Assembly (NCBI GenBank): GCA_018985225.1
Contig: JADGIF010000410.1
Span: 1-9,112 of the forward strand
DNA from: Amoeboradix gromovi X-113
Lineage: Eukaryota > Fungi > Sanchytriomycota
Reading direction: 5' to 3'
Length of the DNA: 9,112 nucleotides
The notes beneath the pieces were generated by a model that made no database searches, had not been told where the DNA came from, and saw only the letters and a program-made list of their open reading frames with translations. Shown here one piece after another: positions 6,983 to 9,112 of the stretch (position 1 is the stretch's first letter; every line of letters begins with the position of its first letter). A program made the position numbers and the translations under genes.

Positions 6983-7522
6983 TTAATAAACTGAGTTACT
7001 TTTGAAAAAGGAGTAGCTTAATATTATATCCTTGACGTTCTTACATTTTGGATCATTGAGTATATCTTTGTCTAGATAAAAGAACACTGGCATGTCTACA
7101 GTCTCATTTGCGTTCAGCATTTGTTCCTCAAAGCAAAAACATTGAATCTTGTTAAAATAGAGAGCAGCTTGAGGAGGTTGAATAGTATATGTGGCTACCC
7201 CGACAATATTTTCGTTACTTTTATTGTGTGCCATATAAAATGTTAATGCAGTCTCACCTGCCTTAACTTTTAGCCTTCGAACCGTTGGAGTGAAGTCCCA
7301 AGGCAGTGCTCGAGCAGTGTCTGCACTGAATTCAATAGAAAATTCTCGGTTTTGGAGGATGCCCTTTTGAACATCTGAATAATCTTTCTTTTCTATGGTA
7401 TATGTATTTCCGCCATAGCCCATCGCACTGCAGAACATTCTATATAGAGGTACACTTGCGTAGCTTGCTCCACCAAATGCAAATATCACTGAGAGTGAAT
7501 AGTTCAGAACTTTATTATTCAT
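6983..7522 (-). CDS. COX11: Cytochrome c oxidase copper chaperone COX11/CtaG, 179 aa
   Basis: Transmembrane segment followed by YASVPLYRMFC, LPWDFTP, GETALTFY, GVATY, YFNKIQCFCFEEQ (Cu-binding CFCF), VDMPVFFYLD and LSYSFF, all hallmark COX11 motifs. Confidence 0.97.
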   Translation of the reverse strand: MNNKVLNYSLSVIFAFGGASYASVPLYRMFCSAMGYGGNTYTIEKKDYSDVQKGILQNREFSIEFSADTARALPWDFTPTVRRLKVKAGETALTFYMAHNKSNENIVGVATYTIQPPQAALYFNKIQCFCFEEQMLNANETVDMPVFFYLDKDILNDPKCKNVKDIILSYSFFKSNSVY

Positions 7523-7662
7523 GTCGTAAGGAGTAAGTTACTAAGCAGCGAGCGCAGAATGGCTCTACTTTCGGTTTTCAGCTTTGTTCTCTAGATCTCT
7601 ACAGCAGCGTGGACTACTCATTGAAACTCTCACAAAATGTGGTAAGCCTTTACTCCTTGAAA
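7523..7662. promoter_or_regulatory. 140-bp putative bidirectional promoter between COX11 and the MPO1-like gene
   Basis: Divergent ATGs at 7522 (-) and 7663 (+). Inverted 9-mer AAGGAGTAA (7528-7536) / TTACTCCTT (7650-7658) and direct repeat AGCAGCG (7544-7550, 7603-7609). Confidence 0.6.
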
Positions 7663-8169
7663 ATGTTATTTGACGCATTTTCTGCTATGGTATTTTATGG
7701 TGCATACCATACAAACATGGTTAATAAGATTTGCCATATTGTGTTCGTGCCTCTAATATATCTAACAACTATTTCATTTATCACAATTATCGGACCTTAT
7801 CCTTTACAATGGATCATTTATTGTATTTACAGTGTTGTGTATCTTTGTTTAGAGCCATTAGCTTTTGTTCTATTTGCTCCAATATTCCATCTTTTGACAT
7901 TGGCTGGTGTTCTTCTCCCGCAGTATATAGCGGCTCCTGCAATTGTTTCCCTTCACATCCTCTCATGGACTGCTCAAATATATACACACTATGCCTTTGA
8001 GAAGAGATCACCTGCTCTCAAAGACAACATTGTACAGGCTTTACTCATGGCCCCATTTTTTGTATGGCTAGAAGTCTTGTTTATGATGAATTACAGACCA
8101 GCGTTAAGAAAAGAATTAAATGAAAATATAAACAAGAAAGTCACGGATTTAAACAAAGATAGAAAATAA
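7663..8169 (+). CDS. MPO1: Mpo1/DUF962-family ER membrane protein (2-hydroxy fatty acid dioxygenase-like), 168 aa
   Basis: FYGAYHTNMVNKICHIVFVP at the N-terminus and WTAQIYTHYAFEKRSPALKDNIVQALLMAPFFVWLEVLF near the C-terminus match the family motifs (YH.N..N..IH; Q..GH..FEKR.PAL.DNL.Q.L.MAP.FV..E). Several hydrophobic segments are present. The track start 7609 is GTG; the first ATG is 7663. Confidence 0.92.
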   Translation: MLFDAFSAMVFYGAYHTNMVNKICHIVFVPLIYLTTISFITIIGPYPLQWIIYCIYSVVYLCLEPLAFVLFAPIFHLLTLAGVLLPQYIAAPAIVSLHILSWTAQIYTHYAFEKRSPALKDNIVQALLMAPFFVWLEVLFMMNYRPALRKELNENINKKVTDLNKDRK

Positions 8170-8186
8170 AAGGGCATTCAATTTAC

Positions 8187-8747
8187 TTACTCAAAGACAA
8201 CATCTTTTCCAGTTAATTGCTTATAAACACCGCTCAAGGTTTCTAACTTGTGCTGGTCAGCTTGATTTTTGGAATCTAAGATAACTTTAATAATCTTTCT
8301 ACCGTCAACTTTGTGCTGTACTCTTTTACCTGTGATATGATTTGGGAATACCAATTCTTCCAAAAGTGCGTTGTGAACACTGGTCAAAGTACGGGATCTA
8401 GGTCTCGCCTGCTTTTGACGTGAGTTTTTACCTTCCTTTGGTAAGATTCTTCTGTAAGCAACAAATAAGCAGTGATAATCATTAAATTTCTTCTCTAATT
8501 CACGCATTAATCGGGATTGAACCTTTCTATATTGCGGAATTTGAGAAACCGGGATGTGAATCAATAGTGCTTTTATATTCTTTAATTGGACGGTTTTAGC
8601 AGAAACAATTTGAAGTGGTCTTAAAATTGGCTTTAGTTCAGGCAAATTTTGTTCTAAATCAATCAAAGCTTGTGCCAAATTAATTTCTAAATCAGTCGCT
8701 TGCTGACCGATTGGGGTCAATAACTTTGCAGATGGTTGGATTTCCAT
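8187..8747 (-). CDS. RPS7: 40S ribosomal protein S7 (eS7), 186 aa
   Basis: AQALIDLE, RKVQSRLMRELEKKF, RRILPK, QARPRSRTLTSVHNALLEELVFP, GKR, KLETLSGVYKQLTGKDVVFE. The track start 8789 is GTG; the first ATG is 8747 (MEIQPSAK). Confidence 0.97.
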   Translation of the reverse strand: MEIQPSAKLLTPIGQQATDLEINLAQALIDLEQNLPELKPILRPLQIVSAKTVQLKNIKALLIHIPVSQIPQYRKVQSRLMRELEKKFNDYHCLFVAYRRILPKEGKNSRQKQARPRSRTLTSVHNALLEELVFPNHITGKRVQHKVDGRKIIKVILDSKNQADQHKLETLSGVYKQLTGKDVVFE

Positions 8748-9086
8748 TTTAATAAATAACAAAAATACGCGACAATTGGAATTAATCACACGTGGAATCT
8801 GTTTAAATCTCCTTTAGGCACTTTGTTTTGAAAATTGAATAAGATCTAGCTACCGCTGTATATCAACAAATTAGCCAAGAATCAATAGATTAGTAATTTC
8901 TGAGAGACTTTACCTAAGGGTTGCATAGTTCTTAAAATATAGAATTTAATTATTTTCAACCGTTAATTGAGTAGTTCACATACTTGCAAGCCGAAGCCAA
9001 TGCTATAATTTCTCCACAACGATAAAAAGAGTTTATGGCTAGCCTACAAACTTGATTATAATTAATCACTTAAATTTGATCATTCC

Positions 9087-9096
9087 GACCAATCAG
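9087..9096 (+). promoter_or_regulatory. CCAAT box, possibly for a next gene starting at or beyond the right edge
   Basis: GACCAATCAG consensus match; an AAAATG follows with ATG at 9109-9111, but no reading frame can be assessed. Confidence 0.3.
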
Positions 9097-9112
9097 AGTC
9101 CATTTAAAATGT

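Noticed and set aside
7523-7621. Upstream in-frame ATG (7621) that would extend COX11 if TAG/TAA were read as Gln (alternative genetic code)
   Set aside because: The Gln-rich 1133-codon ORF and the Gln-rich precursor contain no in-frame TAA/TAG, and conserved genes end at TAA, so the standard code applies. Removing the 28-nt GT-AG segment there breaks the frame.
7528-7658. U5 snRNA, hammerhead ribozyme or RNase P/MRP identity for the COX11-MPO1 intergenic region
   Set aside because: GCCTTTAC is one T short of the U5 loop (GCCTTTTAC) and lacks its stem; CTGAAAACCGAAA does not match the hammerhead CTGAnGA core; no paired CR-I/CR-V elements were found.
7731-8011. Track ORFs 7731-8000 (+) and 7814-8011 (-)
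   Set aside because: Alternative-frame or antisense ORFs inside the well-supported MPO1-like CDS.
8789-8879. CACGTG (8789-8794) and a PacC-type GCCAAG (8874-8879) upstream of RPS7
   Set aside because: Single hexamers are expected by chance, and the local PacC-like protein has altered recognition residues, so no link can be drawn.

Overview
AT-rich, gene-dense eukaryotic DNA with no introns needed in any supported gene and the standard genetic code. RPS7, COX11, an Mpo1/DUF962 protein and a PacC/Rim101-like zinc-finger protein suggest a compact fungal or fungus-related genome, possibly an early-diverging lineage (inference, not verified). From left to right: (1) a >=1133-aa coiled-coil protein on the minus strand (3399 to beyond the left edge), absent from the supplied ORF track, with an 11-residue His-periodic segment; (2) about 1.4 kb with no confident gene, containing palindromes, AP-1-like sites, a possible decayed ORF and a C12 tract; (3) a three-gene block: a 140-aa PacC/Rim101-like triple zinc-finger protein, a small putatively secreted LEKR-processed protein with a Gly-rich membrane segment and a Gln/Pro-rich tail ending in FPPPP, and a tiny two-finger zinc protein. 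Both zinc-finger proteins carry a terminal IxxLLN motif; (4) a tightly packed housekeeping block of COX11 (no N-terminal presequence), an MPO1-like gene and RPS7. No rRNA, tRNA, CRISPR or mobile element is recognisable. All translations and motif positions were read by hand and no database search was run.
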